DNA of 56,267 nucleotides, taken from Desulfonatronovibrio sp. Lineage in GTDB: Bacteria > Desulfobacterota > Desulfovibrionia > Desulfovibrionales > Desulfonatronovibrionaceae. The translations under genes were made by a program, and so were the position numbers. The stretch lies in NCBI GenBank assembly GCA_046496945.1, contig JAWOGL010000232.1, positions 1-56,267 on the forward strand. Reading direction: 5' to 3'. The first letter of the stretch is position 1. The number at the start of each line of letters is the position of its first letter. Below, piece after piece: positions 17,607 to 28,096 of this stretch. The notes below the pieces were generated by a model. That model made no database searches. It was not told the DNA's origin and saw only the letters and a list, made by a program, of their open reading frames with translations.

Positions 17607-18263
17607 TTACAGACTCCATTCCGACCTGAAATCTTCAGGCCCGACTACTTTATAACCCAGTTTCACCAGCTCCTTGACAATCGGCCCCTGGTCCTCGGTC
17701 TGAACCCGGAAAACCACCATCCTGCTGTCATTATGAAAAAAGGTGGCTGTTGAGATAATACTGATCCCCATGTTGAATATCAGGCTGGATACCTCGGCAA
17801 TGACACCTTTACGGTCCTGGATTTCAAAAACTATCCTTGCGCCGCCCTGGGCCAGACCCATCTCTTCCACCAGAACTTCCAGCATGATATTGCGATTGAT
17901 GTTGCCCACCAGCCTGCCTGTGGAATCAAGCACGGGAAGACCGGACAGATTATGATCGAACATGATTTTAGCCGCGACTTCTATTTCAGCCTCAGGCATG
18001 ACCGTGGGGATATCTTTCCGGATAATCTTGCTCACGGTCAACTTGTTCAGGAGGTAGTTGAGCTCGTGCCTGCTTAACGTGGTGGCCGGAGAGGGCAGGG
18101 AACTGCGCACGTCTTCTTTTAACACCGCCCCGACAAACCTGTCATCCTGGACCACCATGAGCATCCACGACCTGGTTTCGCTCAGAATTCTGTCAGCCTC
18201 CATCATCAGGGTATCAGGAGTAATAGCGGCAAAATCCTTTAACATTTTCAGACCAACAAACAT
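17607..18263 (-). CDS. CBS-pair plus ACT-like domain protein (AcuB-like)
   Basis: LPSPATTLSRHELNYLL, GLPV; C-terminal DRKGVIAEV ACT-like region. Confidence 0.85.
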   Translation of the reverse strand: MFVGLKMLKDFAAITPDTLMMEADRILSETRSWMLMVVQDDRFVGAVLKEDVRSSLPSPATTLSRHELNYLLNKLTVSKIIRKDIPTVMPEAEIEVAAKIMFDHNLSGLPVLDSTGRLVGNINRNIMLEVLVEEMGLAQGGARIVFEIQDRKGVIAEVSSLIFNMGISIISTATFFHNDSRMVVFRVQTEDQGPIVKELVKLGYKVVGPEDFRSEWSL

Positions 18264-18611
18264 GGCTCTATCCTCCTAAACAATTAGATGAAATTAATAA
18301 AAAAATACAAACTTTTCATTTTTTCTTCTGCTAACGGCCGATAAACAAGGTAAGTGGAGCAATATGCTCCTTAAATAATTGGGTTATGGTAATAATAAAC
18401 CTTCTGCATAATGCCTTTTAGCTGGCCTAAACACAAGTTTTATAAAAAGTCCACCAAAGACTGCTGACCCGGTCCATCTGCCGGCAATGAAGTCATGAAT
18501 TCATTTTATTGCTGCCAGGCAGTCTGACAGATTCCCGGATTTATTGTTCAACTCTTGTCATCTGAATTTTATGACCTATTATGAACACAACACTTAAAAA
18601 ATGGAATCCCT

Positions 18612-18794
18612 ATGAAGGCAGCATACCTTACCGCCCCAAGAAACAGGCTTCTGAAAAGAAAAATTGAAGAACTGGAAGACCTGGCCCGGGACTGTACCCT
18701 TTGTCCAAGACAATGCCGGGTCAACAGGCTGGAGAATGAGACCGGGTTCTGTAATCACGGACCTGAAAAATCAGGCCAGGTCCCTGGGACTTAA
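18612..18794 (+). pseudogene. N-terminal fragment of a PflX-like radical SAM protein
   Basis: CTLCPRQCRVNR...GFC motif; the ORF stops after 60 aa, before any CxxxCxxC. Confidence 0.6.
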
Positions 18795-18823
18795 GCGTCT
18801 GGACCAAAGATCCTCCGGGTTGT

Positions 18824-19336
18824 TCAGGATGCTGCTTTAACTGAAAATGTAAGGTCCAGTTGCAATACCAGGGCATCTTCCATATTGTCCGGGTAATAAT
18901 TTTTCCGGATGGCCATCTCTTTAAATCCAAATCTCTGGTAAAGATTCAAAGCCGCAACATTGGATGGCCTTACCTCCAGAAAAATACTTTTGAGTTCGGC
19001 TTTGCGGCAAAGCTCCACAGCACTGCGGACCAGGCTGGTAGCCATACCTCTTTTACGGCATTCCGGGTGGACTCCCAGGTTAATAATTTCTGCTTCCTCC
19101 GGCATAAAGTAAAAGGAAATGTAAGAACGAAGCTCGCCGTGTTCAAACACACCCAGAATTTTGAAATGATCAAGGCCTGTAAACCGGCGGTACTGATCAA
19201 CGCTCCAGGGCTGGGCAAAACATTGCCGCTCCAGGGACACCAGCTCAGGGAGATTTTTGTCTTCTATGGGCAAAACCTGATATGAAAAGATTTTCATGGT
19301 TGAATAGTTCTCAGCATAACTGTAGATGAGTTTCAA
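18824..19336 (-). CDS. rimI: Ribosomal protein alanine N-acetyltransferase
   Basis: PWS, NLGVHP..RKRGMA, LEVRPSN..A..LY...GF, RKNYY...EDA; start may be 19297. Confidence 0.9.
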   Translation of the reverse strand: MKLIYSYAENYSTMKIFSYQVLPIEDKNLPELVSLERQCFAQPWSVDQYRRFTGLDHFKILGVFEHGELRSYISFYFMPEEAEIINLGVHPECRKRGMATSLVRSAVELCRKAELKSIFLEVRPSNVAALNLYQRFGFKEMAIRKNYYPDNMEDALVLQLDLTFSVKAAS

Positions 19337-19364
19337 TAATGCGTAATGGACAGCAAAAAATCAG

Positions 19365-19910
19365 ATGATCACCAGAAATTCCCTGAAACAACCATCCTTC
19401 CCCGAATTCATCGAAATAGTAGATTCATGCAATCAGCCCCTGGGGGTTTTATCACGAAAGGAAGCCCATCAGCAGGGGCTCTACCACCGCTCTGTTCTGG
19501 TGCTGATCTATGATGACCAAAACCGGCTCCTTATTCAGAAAAGACATGGTTCTAAAAGAATTTATCCTGGTCGGTGGGATCTGCCTGCTACCGGGCATGT
19601 GCCTGCCGGAGAATCAGCAGTTGACGCAGCCTGCGCAAAGCTAAGAAAACAGCTGGGAGTGGAAGTACCGCCATGGCGAATCAGGCATCTGACCACAATA
19701 AACGCGACAGCAGAGACTAATTTTGAATTTATCTATCTTTTTAGTGGGGGAAAGATTCACACCTCTCCTGTTCCTGTGTCCGGAGAAGTGGAAGAGATTA
19801 CCTTCCTGAATCAGAATGATATGGAGGCACTGGTTCTGGAGTTTCCGGACATCCTTACCCCTGAACTGGTTTATTTCTGGAGAAGACGGCTTTTGTTTGC
19901 AAAATTTTGA
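19365..19910 (+). CDS. NUDIX hydrolase (IPP isomerase type 1-like)
   Basis: HQQGLYHRSV, QKR...K..YPGRWD..ATGHV..GES. Confidence 0.85.
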   Translation: MITRNSLKQPSFPEFIEIVDSCNQPLGVLSRKEAHQQGLYHRSVLVLIYDDQNRLLIQKRHGSKRIYPGRWDLPATGHVPAGESAVDAACAKLRKQLGVEVPPWRIRHLTTINATAETNFEFIYLFSGGKIHTSPVPVSGEVEEITFLNQNDMEALVLEFPDILTPELVYFWRRRLLFAKF

Positions 19911-19959
19911 CCGGATTTTTATTCTGTGGCGAGCATTGATCTGCCGGCGCAGACAGGCC

Positions 19960-20988
19960 CTAATTTATATAAACCCCTTCGTACCTTTTTTCATTGCCAA
20001 GAGTCAGGCCCGCCCCTCTAACCACCGTGGTCAGTGGATCATCATCAATGCGCACTGCGACCTGAACCTTGCGACTGATCAACCTGTCCAGGCCCTTGAG
20101 CAGAGCGCCTCCTCCGGCAAGCAGGAGGCCGTTATCAGCAATGTCCGCCACCAGTTCGGGCGGGGTTTTTTCCACAGCCGTTCTTACTGCCAGCACAATG
20201 GCGTTGACAGGCTCACTTATGGCCTCTCTAATTTCAGCATCGCTGACAGAGATTGACTTGGGATTACCATTGACTATATTTTTCCCCATTACATTAAAGC
20301 TGAATGTCTCATCCATGGGAACAGCCGTCCCAATAGCCATCTTCACCCTTTCAGCCATGTTCTCGCCTATAAGCAGCTGATGCTGATCCTGCATATATCG
20401 CTGAATAGCTTCATTCATCTCGTCTCCGGCGATACGAACTGATTCCGAGTAAGCCACTGCGGAAAGAGATATAACCGCTACTTCTGTAGTTCCTCCCCCG
20501 ATATCCACAACCAGGTTGCCCACTGGCTCTTCTATGGGCATCTGAGCTCCAATGGCAGCACTCATGGGCTCTTCCACCAGCTTGACCTCTCTTGCTCCGG
20601 ATTGCAGCCCTGACTCAATAACCGCCCTTTTTTCAACCTGGGTAATTCCGGTAGGCACGCAGATAACAATCCTGGGTTTAACCAGAGTCATTCCCTTGAT
20701 AATCTTTTTGATAAAAAAAGTTATCATGGCATTGGTCACCTCAAAATCAGCAATCACGCCATCTTTAAGCGGTCTTATGGCCACTATCTTCTGCGGAGTT
20801 CTTCCCAGAAATTCTTTGGCTTCCCGGCCCACGGCAAGCACTTTTCCGTCACGGGAATCCAGGGCAACCACTGAAGGCTCGTTAAGGACCACTCCGTGCT
20901 TCTGGGTGTAAATCAGGGTATTAGCTGTTCCCAGATCCATAGCTATGCTCTTGCTCATGAAACCAAACAATTTTTTATAAAACATCAT
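19960..20988 (-). CDS. mreB: Rod shape-determining protein MreB/Mbl
   Basis: DLGTANT, RPLKDGVIADF, TQVEKRAV, DIGGGTTE, LAGGGALL. Confidence 0.95.
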   Translation of the reverse strand: MMFYKKLFGFMSKSIAMDLGTANTLIYTQKHGVVLNEPSVVALDSRDGKVLAVGREAKEFLGRTPQKIVAIRPLKDGVIADFEVTNAMITFFIKKIIKGMTLVKPRIVICVPTGITQVEKRAVIESGLQSGAREVKLVEEPMSAAIGAQMPIEEPVGNLVVDIGGGTTEVAVISLSAVAYSESVRIAGDEMNEAIQRYMQDQHQLLIGENMAERVKMAIGTAVPMDETFSFNVMGKNIVNGNPKSISVSDAEIREAISEPVNAIVLAVRTAVEKTPPELVADIADNGLLLAGGGALLKGLDRLISRKVQVAVRIDDDPLTTVVRGAGLTLGNEKRYEGVYIN

Positions 20989-21072
20989 TCGCCCCAGTGA
21001 TCTTCAGTTTGAAATTTGTTGTTTGCAGACAATAATTATCGCAACGTATCGGGAAAGTGCTTACTAAGCAGA

Positions 21073-22032
21073 TTACTGCCGGGTACGGCTCTTAAGGTAC
21101 AGATTTTCAAGGAACAGCCCTAGATAATCGCCGATCATCTGCACAAACATCTTCATCTCACCATCAATATAAATAGATCCGGAATCCGCCATAACCAGGA
21201 CTCCTCTGGTTTTGCGGTGGACAACCAGGGGAAGACATATAACCGATTTAAAATGCAGTGATGAAAATTCCTTTCCGAACAAAGGCAGACCGGCAGGTCC
21301 ATCCTGCTGTCCGGAAAAAACAGATGTCCCGTGTTTAAATACCCAGCCCACCAGTCCAGAGTCCATCTTAAACTTATGGACCGAAAAATCCACCTCCGGC
21401 AAAAAGTCCCTGCTGAGACCTTCTACAAAATATCCCTGGCCGACTTCGTCCCTGGCAGCCATGAAACAATAATGAAATCCGGTTGCCTGAGACAGGATGT
21501 CCAGGAGTTTTTCCAGAAAAATACGCCATTTAGGAAATTTTGCCCTGAGACTGTGCACCAGAGTCAGATATTTGTAGTAATCCATACTTCTGGCACTGTT
21601 GTCCGCCTTGCATATTCCTGTCCGGATATCCTCTATCAACTGTCCGAACTGATAAAGTATTTTCTGGTCTTTGTCACTGAAAGAGTAGGTCTTCTTGCTG
21701 TCTATGCACAAAACCCCGCCGCCTCCGGGAAGATGAGTCCCCATGAAGGCCTTGATTTTTGACTCTCCTTCTGCGGGATAATAGCCCAGACAACCTACGT
21801 TACGATCAAATTTATTGATAAGAAGGGGTTTGCTGTTTTTTATTATCCAGCCCACCAGCCCGGCTCCTGGCTTGACAATGGTATCCGGCTTAATGCTGTC
21901 GCCCAGGCTGAAACATGACGCCAGGAAATAATCCTCTTTCCCGCCCTCAAGAAAAAGGACAGCGGAATATCCGTCAAATACGCTGCATACCAGCCCGAGT
22001 ATTCTGTCCAACCAGTTATTTCCGTACATCAC
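21073..22032 (-). CDS. Tandem GAF-domain protein
   Basis: Two GLVGW repeats; GVLCIDSK...FSDKDQKIL; SVICLPL. Confidence 0.75.
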   Translation of the reverse strand: MMYGNNWLDRILGLVCSVFDGYSAVLFLEGGKEDYFLASCFSLGDSIKPDTIVKPGAGLVGWIIKNSKPLLINKFDRNVGCLGYYPAEGESKIKAFMGTHLPGGGGVLCIDSKKTYSFSDKDQKILYQFGQLIEDIRTGICKADNSARSMDYYKYLTLVHSLRAKFPKWRIFLEKLLDILSQATGFHYCFMAARDEVGQGYFVEGLSRDFLPEVDFSVHKFKMDSGLVGWVFKHGTSVFSGQQDGPAGLPLFGKEFSSLHFKSVICLPLVVHRKTRGVLVMADSGSIYIDGEMKMFVQMIGDYLGLFLENLYLKSRTRQ

Positions 22033-22107
22033 TTAAATAGCAGTTTGATCCTGATAAAAATTTTTCCAGTGCCCGGGAAACTCCGCGCCTGTACATTACT
22101 ATGCCTG

Positions 22108-22323
22108 CTAAGTCCTTCTTTGACAATAAAATTCTATGGACCGGTTATATGTTCTTTCTTCCTCCTGAGTGAAATAACAGGCGGGAATTTCTCTGCGCTC
22201 ACGGTGGTAATGAAGACATTCGCAACACAGTCCGTGCCTTGGACAGGACAAATATGTGCAGGTGCAGTACTTTGCATTATCCTCAGCTTTGGGACATTTG
22301 TCGATCTTTTGCATATCCGGCAT
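22108..22323 (-). CDS. Small Cys-rich protein (DUF6485-like)
   Basis: CTCTY..CPRHGLCCECLHYH.....IPACYF...EERTYNRS. Confidence 0.75.
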   Translation of the reverse strand: MPDMQKIDKCPKAEDNAKYCTCTYLSCPRHGLCCECLHYHRERREIPACYFTQEEERTYNRSIEFYCQRRT

Positions 22324-22559
22324 CCTGAATTTCTGGTAATATATTAAACTTGCAAATAAAAAAGTATTTATTCAGCATTTTGACTTTTGGTCCGGCCGGT
22401 CTCTACCGGCAGAACCGGAAAGATTCTTTCCGGATGAAAGCATAAAGCTGATCAATCCTGTGTCAAATCAACCTTTAAATTGATATTTTTTAAAAAATAT
22501 GTAAAAATTTATCTTAATAAGAGGACATTAGAAAAACACATATTACTCAGGAAACATTA

Positions 22560-24287
22560 ATGAAAAAATGGGTTGATTATTTTACCGGGTCACAGTCTTA
22601 TGATTGGACAGATAAAAGACTACCTATTCCAAATTTCAAAATCAACAATATCTTCAGCCTGAAAAAATACCTGGATACAATCCATATAAAACAGTGCCTG
22701 ATCAAACCATTTCTGGAAACCAGAAACTATCCCGTTGTTGAGGCCCGGGAACTTTTGCCTTCCTTTGAATCCGATCTTTATGAATATGAAAATTTACCCG
22801 GATTCAGCCTGGTGGCCTTTAACCGACCCATAGACTATTTCAATGAAATATTTCAGTTTGATATAATCCATAACTGCTGGGAGGAAACCCCCGGACAAAA
22901 GGGAGCTTCATGCCCCTTGCTTGAACCTATTCATCAGAGCAACGTGGGATCATTCCAAAGCAGACTGCCCAAAAACCTCCAGGATCCATTCAAAGAGTCT
23001 TTTTCCGGAAAAGACGTTTCAAAGCTCACCAACTATCCTGAAGTTATGGACTTCCTCTTAAATATGGACCGGGGCCATGTTCTGGGCATGAATACCAGGA
23101 ATGAATTCTATCTTGCAGGCATATATGGTTCCTTCCCCTCTGACCTGGACCCGGAGCTTAAAAGATTCGGGCTTAAAATCAAAAAATTTAAACCCAACGA
23201 CAATCTTAAATACAGGCTGAACCGCGGTTTTGTGTACCAGTTCCTTATGGAACTTTATGGATATCCCGTGGTCTCGGAGCGCAGAACTTCCGCGGCCCTG
23301 TTTTCCCGGAAGCTTTTCAAGACAGGAGAACACTTCCTTATCCGCGCCCTGGGTCAGACAGACCGGACCATTACCACCTTTTACTCCACAGGAGAGCAGC
23401 ACTCCTATCCCGCCGTGGAAAAACTGGCCCTGGTTCGGGTTGAAACCAAGAAAAAAGATACTCTCAATTTTTTAAGAGACAATAATTGCTTTGTCGATAA
23501 AAGCAAAAAAGTGGTTATCTTAAGGGTTAAATACAAACAACACAAATATGACCCGGACAATGTCCGGGAAGACAGAGCCCTGTCTGTTTACCGCCAGGAA
23601 GTCATTCATCCTGTCACCGGGGAAATATATTCCAATCTGAATATCATCAATGACACCTCCTACATGACCCTTATCCTCAATGATATCGTTAAAGGTGAAT
23701 ATACCGGCAGAATCAAATACCGAAGGGAAATCATTGAAAACACCGACACTTATGAAAAACGCCTCAAATTCCTTTTTTCCTGGCTAAGTAAACACCAGAG
23801 AAGAATTATCGGTTATTCTGACGACTTCTATGCCGAGGTAATCAAAGTTCTGGACAACTTCCTGCTGAATCCGGATAATTATGAAAAATTTAATAATATG
23901 TATAAGCTGTACCAGGAAGTATGGAATAAATACAGCTACCTGCGTCAGGCCAGAAAAATCAAGACGCTACAAGACCTTTTTGAAAAAAGATATTCCGGGA
24001 AAAAAATCAACTATTTACACATGCTTGAGCACGTCAACGCCCTGCTTGGTGAGCTCAGGTTTGAACTTGTCGATTATTTTGACGATATTGTAGCCAGGAT
24101 CATTTACATGGTGGAAAAGATTTCCAATGACAGATACCTCATTTCCACATATATAAAGAATAAAAAACCCGAGGATCTGACTGCCTATGGTCAGAAAATA
24201 AGAAAACATTACGGCCGCATGGTGTCCTGTCTGGATGAACTAAAATCCATCAGGAAAATCAAACTGGAAAGACACTTCTCAACTTAG
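22560..24287 (+). CDS. Hypothetical protein, 575 aa
   Basis: Long uninterrupted ORF with an upstream AGGA; no motif recognised. Confidence 0.8.
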   Translation: MKKWVDYFTGSQSYDWTDKRLPIPNFKINNIFSLKKYLDTIHIKQCLIKPFLETRNYPVVEARELLPSFESDLYEYENLPGFSLVAFNRPIDYFNEIFQFDIIHNCWEETPGQKGASCPLLEPIHQSNVGSFQSRLPKNLQDPFKESFSGKDVSKLTNYPEVMDFLLNMDRGHVLGMNTRNEFYLAGIYGSFPSDLDPELKRFGLKIKKFKPNDNLKYRLNRGFVYQFLMELYGYPVVSERRTSAALFSRKLFKTGEHFLIRALGQTDRTITTFYSTGEQHSYPAVEKLALVRVETKKKDTLNFLRDNNCFVDKSKKVVILRVKYKQHKYDPDNVREDRALSVYRQEVIHPVTGEIYSNLNIINDTSYMTLILNDIVKGEYTGRIKYRREIIENTDTYEKRLKFLFSWLSKHQRRIIGYSDDFYAEVIKVLDNFLLNPDNYEKFNNMYKLYQEVWNKYSYLRQARKIKTLQDLFEKRYSGKKINYLHMLEHVNALLGELRFELVDYFDDIVARIIYMVEKISNDRYLISTYIKNKKPEDLTAYGQKIRKHYGRMVSCLDELKSIRKIKLERHFST

Positions 24288-24295
24288 GAACATCT

Positions 24296-25387
24296 ATGGA
24301 TCATATTAAAACTCCACTTTCACAAGACCACAAAAGACTCAATGCCAGAATGGGGCCTTTTGCCGGGTGGGAAATGCCCATTCAATATCAGGGGATAATA
24401 GCCGAGCACATCCATACCCGGTCAAGGGCATCTCTGTTCGACATCTGTCACATGGGAGAACTCCTGGTCACCGGCCAAAACGCAGCTATGGAACTGGGCA
24501 GGCTGGTCACCCACGATCTGGACAATGCCCTGCCCGGAAAGTGCTCCTACGGGTTTATCCTCAACCCTTCCGGAGGCATTCTGGACGACCTGATTATCTA
24601 TCCCCTGCAAAAGGATAAGTTTTTGCTGGTAGTCAACGCCTCCCAGAAACAGGATGATCTAAAGCACCTTAAAGACAATCTTTCCTCCGGGATCAAAGTC
24701 ATGGACCAGACCATGCAAACCGGCAAACTGGATCTGCAGGGCCCGGAATCATTAAGTGTACTGGAAAAAATAACCAATGAAAAATGGGGTGATCTGAAAT
24801 ACTTCCATTTCCGCCAGACCGCCATGGCCGGTCAGGATATTCTGGTCAGCCGAACCGGGTATACCGGCGAACTGGGCTATGAGCTCTATATACCCTGGGA
24901 CAGGGTCAGGGAGGTCTGGGAAATGATCCTCGCGGATGAAAGAGTCAAACCTGCCGGACTGGGAGCAAGAGATACCCTGCGTCTGGAAGCAGGCCTTCCT
25001 CTTTACGGACAGGACCTGGACCAGCACCATACTCCGGCCGAAGCCGGCTATGAATTTGTCTTAAAATCAAAGGCCCGCTATCTGGGTAAAGACCGGGCCT
25101 TTTCCGTGAAAGAGCGTCTCATCGGCCTTAGCATTGAAGGACGAAGGACCCCCAGAGCCGGAGACAAAATACTCGCCCGGGACCGGCCGACAGGAGTGGT
25201 CACCAGCGGTTCTTTTGCCCCCTCCCTGGGGCATTGCCTGGCCTTTGCCTATATAGACCGGCAAGACCCTGATCTTACGGAATTCTTCATCCAAAGGGGC
25301 AAGGTACTGCTTAAGGCCGAAAAAGCCAGTCCACCCTTTTACCAGGGCACAGCCAGGATAAATACATCCGGATTGTCCGGGCAGTAA
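24296..25387 (+). CDS. gcvT: Glycine cleavage system aminomethyltransferase T
   Basis: PFAGWEMPIQY, LFDICHMG, SRTGYTGELGYE, GLGARDTLRLEAG. Confidence 0.95.
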   Translation: MDHIKTPLSQDHKRLNARMGPFAGWEMPIQYQGIIAEHIHTRSRASLFDICHMGELLVTGQNAAMELGRLVTHDLDNALPGKCSYGFILNPSGGILDDLIIYPLQKDKFLLVVNASQKQDDLKHLKDNLSSGIKVMDQTMQTGKLDLQGPESLSVLEKITNEKWGDLKYFHFRQTAMAGQDILVSRTGYTGELGYELYIPWDRVREVWEMILADERVKPAGLGARDTLRLEAGLPLYGQDLDQHHTPAEAGYEFVLKSKARYLGKDRAFSVKERLIGLSIEGRRTPRAGDKILARDRPTGVVTSGSFAPSLGHCLAFAYIDRQDPDLTEFFIQRGKVLLKAEKASPPFYQGTARINTSGLSGQ

Positions 25388-25412
25388 AAAATCGGGCAAG
25401 CCTTGAGCAGGC

Positions 25413-26165
25413 ATGTTTTTGAGGGCTATGTACCATAAAATAAATACTTTTTATCTTGAGCCTGACAAATGGCAGGAGCCTTTCAGCCTTAGCGGCGGGG
25501 AGGCTCATCACCTGGCCAGAGTTCTGCGCGTAAAGCCCGGTCAAAAGATCAGGCTCATTAACGGTCAGGGCCTGACCGGCGTGTTTACTGTTCAGGAGAT
25601 TACGAAAAGACAGGTCTCCTTATCTGTGGAAGAAACCCGGTCCTGGCCTGAACCTTTAAGCAAAGTATACCTGGCGCTGGCATGGAACAAAAGCTTCAGG
25701 CGCTCCTGGCTTCTGGAAAAAGCTGTTGAACTGGGAGTCTGGAAGATTATTTTATGGCAGGCCAGGCACAGTCAGGGCCGGACCAGGGATGCCGTCCAGG
25801 ACAACTGGCAGGCCAAGATGATCGCCGGGGCCAAGCAATGTGAGAACCCTTGGCTTCCCGGGCTTGAGTTCGTACACGGCGGAGTGGATGAACTGGTTCA
25901 TTGTTCCAGATCTCTGGATTCCAGAATTCTTCTCTGGGAAGAAGAAGATCAAGCCATGCTTATGGATTATTACCAGCAGCACAGACCAGAAGAAAAAATC
26001 ATAGTGGTGGGACCGGAAGGCGGGCTGGCCGGAGAAGAAGTAGACTCTCTGACCAGAGCCGGATTTACTTCACTTAGCCTGGGGCCCAGGGTCCTTCGCT
26101 GGGAAACAGCAGCCCTGGCTCCGTTATTTCTGGATATGCTTTTTTTCTCTGAAAAGAAACTTTAG
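25413..26165 (+). CDS. rsmE: 16S rRNA m3U1498 methyltransferase
   Basis: HHLARVLR, EKAVELG, GPEGG, LGPRVLRWETA. Confidence 0.93.
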   Translation: MFLRAMYHKINTFYLEPDKWQEPFSLSGGEAHHLARVLRVKPGQKIRLINGQGLTGVFTVQEITKRQVSLSVEETRSWPEPLSKVYLALAWNKSFRRSWLLEKAVELGVWKIILWQARHSQGRTRDAVQDNWQAKMIAGAKQCENPWLPGLEFVHGGVDELVHCSRSLDSRILLWEEEDQAMLMDYYQQHRPEEKIIVVGPEGGLAGEEVDSLTRAGFTSLSLGPRVLRWETAALAPLFLDMLFFSEKKL

Positions 26166-28081
26166 CTGACTCTGTTGCCTGGCTCAGTTCCGGGATCAGC
26201 CTTTAGAAGAGACATCTGTCTGCCCTGGCGCACCGCCAGAACCATGCCCTGGGACATAACCCCTCGGATTTTTTTGGGTGCAAGATTGGCCAGCACCACG
26301 ACCTCCCGGCCTTCCAGTTCATTTGCAGCAAAAAATTCCGCCAGCCCGGCTACGATCTGCCTGGGCGAGTCTTCACCGATCTCCACCCTGAGTCTGAAAA
26401 GCTTGTCTGCACCTTCCACCTTTGCGGCTTCAATAATTTTTCCGGTGACCATCTGAAGCTTCTGAAAATCCTCAAACTGTATCTCCGGGGTTTTGTCCTT
26501 TTTCTCTGCCCTGCTTTGCCCGGCCTTATCATTTCCAGATTCTTCCTGTTTCACTTCAACCCTGGGGAAAAGGTTGGATTTGGGGGCCACCATGATTCCC
26601 GGAGGCAAACCCTGCCAGTGATCAGCTTCCGCAGCCAGGTCAACCGCTTCCGGATTAAACCGGACTCCGAGCTGGCCGAGCATCTTTTCAGCGGATCCGG
26701 GCATAACCGGCCAGAGATGCAGGGCAATCTTGCGAAGTCCTTCCAGAAGAATATACATTACGGTCTGCAAACGCTGCGTATTTTTCTTTTTATAAAGAAC
26801 CCAGGGAGCGCTTTGATCAACATACTTATTAAGGTGGCTGACCAATACCCACAGCCGGGCCAGGGCCTTGGCAAAATCAAAATCCTCAAAAAGCCTGACG
26901 TATTCCCTGAGGCAATGCCGGCCCAGATCAAGGGTTTCCTGATCTGTTTCCTGAATATCTCCCATAACCGGAACCTGCCCCTGGAAATATTTATGGGTCA
27001 TGGCCAGGACCCGGTTGGACAGATTGCCCAGATCATTGGCCAGATCAGAGTTCAGCCTGCCCACCAGGGCTTCTTCGGAAAAAGAAGAGTCCAGGCCGAA
27101 CTGCATTTCCCTCAAAAGAAAATATCTGAAAGCGGAGACTCCGTATTTATCCTTCATGGACATGGGCTCCACCACATTTCCCAGGCTCTTGGACATTTTG
27201 GTTTCCTTTATAGTCCAGTAGCCGTGAACGCGCAGACTCCTGAAAAGGGGAATGCCTGCGGCCATAAGCATGGTCGGCCAGAAAACTCCGTGGGGTTTGA
27301 GGATATCCTTGGCCACCAGATGATGCGCTCCGCCCCAGTATTTTTTGTAATCAGCTCCGTCAGGCCAGCCCAGCGCGGAAATATAGTTTATCAACGCGTC
27401 AAACCAGACATAAGTTACGTATTCTTGATCAAAAGGCAGTTCTATGCCCCAGGTAAGCCTCTTCTTAGGGCGTGAAATGCACAGATCAGTCAGTTCTTCG
27501 CCCAGCATGCCCAGGACTTCGTTGCGGTATCTTTCCGGCCTTATAAAATCCGGATTGTTCCGGATATGTTCCTTAAGGGGCTTTAAATATTTGGTCATAC
27601 GGAAAAAATAGTTTTTTTCCTGGATAAAGGCGGGCTTTTCCAGATGATCCGGACAAAGTCCGTCCTTTAGTTCTTTTTCCGTATAAAAACGTTCGCACCC
27701 ATAACAATAATGCCCGCCATACTCTCCAAAATAAATATCCCCGTTGTCATAAACCTTCTGCAATATTTTCTGCACGCATTTTTTATGTTCAGTATCGGTA
27801 GTCCGCACAAATCTGTCAGGCTCCACTTCCAGCCGCGGCCAGGTCTCTCTGAATAATAAACTGATCCGGTCAACATACTGACTGGGGCTTAGATTATTCT
27901 TTTCAGCTGCTTCCACAATCTTATCCCCATGCTCATCTGTGCCGGTGAGAAAAAAAGTGGGGCGGTTCTGCAGCTTGTGCAGTCTGTTGACGCTGTCGGC
28001 TATTATGGTCGTATAGGCATGCCCCAGATGAGGCTTGGCGTTAACGTAATAAATGGGGGTGGAAATAAAAAAAGGGTTCAA
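26162..28081 (-). CDS. metG: Methionyl-tRNA synthetase
   Basis: TPIYYVN..PHLGHAY, YVWFDAL, KMSKS; C-terminal tRNA-binding domain. Confidence 0.98.
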   Translation of the reverse strand: MNPFFISTPIYYVNAKPHLGHAYTTIIADSVNRLHKLQNRPTFFLTGTDEHGDKIVEAAEKNNLSPSQYVDRISLLFRETWPRLEVEPDRFVRTTDTEHKKCVQKILQKVYDNGDIYFGEYGGHYCYGCERFYTEKELKDGLCPDHLEKPAFIQEKNYFFRMTKYLKPLKEHIRNNPDFIRPERYRNEVLGMLGEELTDLCISRPKKRLTWGIELPFDQEYVTYVWFDALINYISALGWPDGADYKKYWGGAHHLVAKDILKPHGVFWPTMLMAAGIPLFRSLRVHGYWTIKETKMSKSLGNVVEPMSMKDKYGVSAFRYFLLREMQFGLDSSFSEEALVGRLNSDLANDLGNLSNRVLAMTHKYFQGQVPVMGDIQETDQETLDLGRHCLREYVRLFEDFDFAKALARLWVLVSHLNKYVDQSAPWVLYKKKNTQRLQTVMYILLEGLRKIALHLWPVMPGSAEKMLGQLGVRFNPEAVDLAAEADHWQGLPPGIMVAPKSNLFPRVEVKQEESGNDKAGQSRAEKKDKTPEIQFEDFQKLQMVTGKIIEAAKVEGADKLFRLRVEIGEDSPRQIVAGLAEFFAANELEGREVVVLANLAPKKIRGVMSQGMVLAVRQGRQMSLLKADPGTEPGNRVS

Positions 28082-28096
28082 ATTGAGAGTCTCCTG

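Noticed and set aside
26516-27475. Long antisense ORFs (also 44890-45846, 16975-17655, 53921-54619)
   Set aside because: Shadow frames opposite well-supported genes (metG, asnO, livG-like, tig).
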